NCBI GenBank assembly: GCA_039809905.1
Contig: JBDHVY010000001.1
Location: forward strand, 510,001-542,000
Length of the DNA: 32,000 nucleotides
Reading direction: 5' to 3'
Origin: Candidatus Babelota bacterium
GTDB lineage: Bacteria > Babelota > Babeliae > Babelales > Vermiphilaceae
Shown one piece after another: positions 31,989 to 32,000 of the stretch (its first letter is position 1; each line of letters opens with the position of its first letter). The notes under the pieces are model-generated. The model was not told the DNA's origin, searched no databases, and saw only the letters and a list, made by a program, of their open reading frames with translations. Both the position numbers and the translations under genes were made by a program.

Positions 31989-32000
31989 ACCATCTCTCTC

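Overview
This is an AT-rich bacterial chromosomal window with about 24 credible protein genes. I recognised no rRNA, tRNA, CRISPR array, transposase, integrase or phage gene. The housekeeping genes are well supported: trmH, nrdB and nrdA, a NamZ/DUF1343-type muramidase, murE, an alanine/glycine:cation symporter, ruvX (yqgF), tsaB, rsmE and secA. Between them lie accessory blocks encoding orphan proteins that carry signal peptides, plus eukaryote-like proteins. These include a roughly 16-ankyrin protein with a coiled coil and two 8-Cys zinc modules, a WD40-like protein, and an ankyrin membrane protein. That mix suggests a host-associated or intracellular bacterium, possibly Dependentiae/TM6-like, but this is inference only. 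The least explained signals are non-coding. (1) A ~600-bp GC-rich island at 1532-2130 consists of two diverged, inverted copies of a four-hairpin element; the hairpins are kept by compensatory changes and each copy faces an outward-reading gene. (2) A family of six hairpins (GGTCCCC-N3, a 12-15 nt loop, N3-GGGG) lies between genes at 23.8-27.4 kb; every wobble pair that distinguishes the strands works only on the sense strand of the neighbouring genes. (3) A GC-rich palindromic repeat family (CGYTCGSCCTGAA / TTCAGGSCGARCG) has one copy sitting in frame in the 5' end of the namZ-like ORF. The ORF track also misses a 59-aa zinc-ribbon gene at 24460-24639. Functions for the non-coding elements are hypotheses and need Rfam, BLAST or RNA-seq checks that I cannot run.
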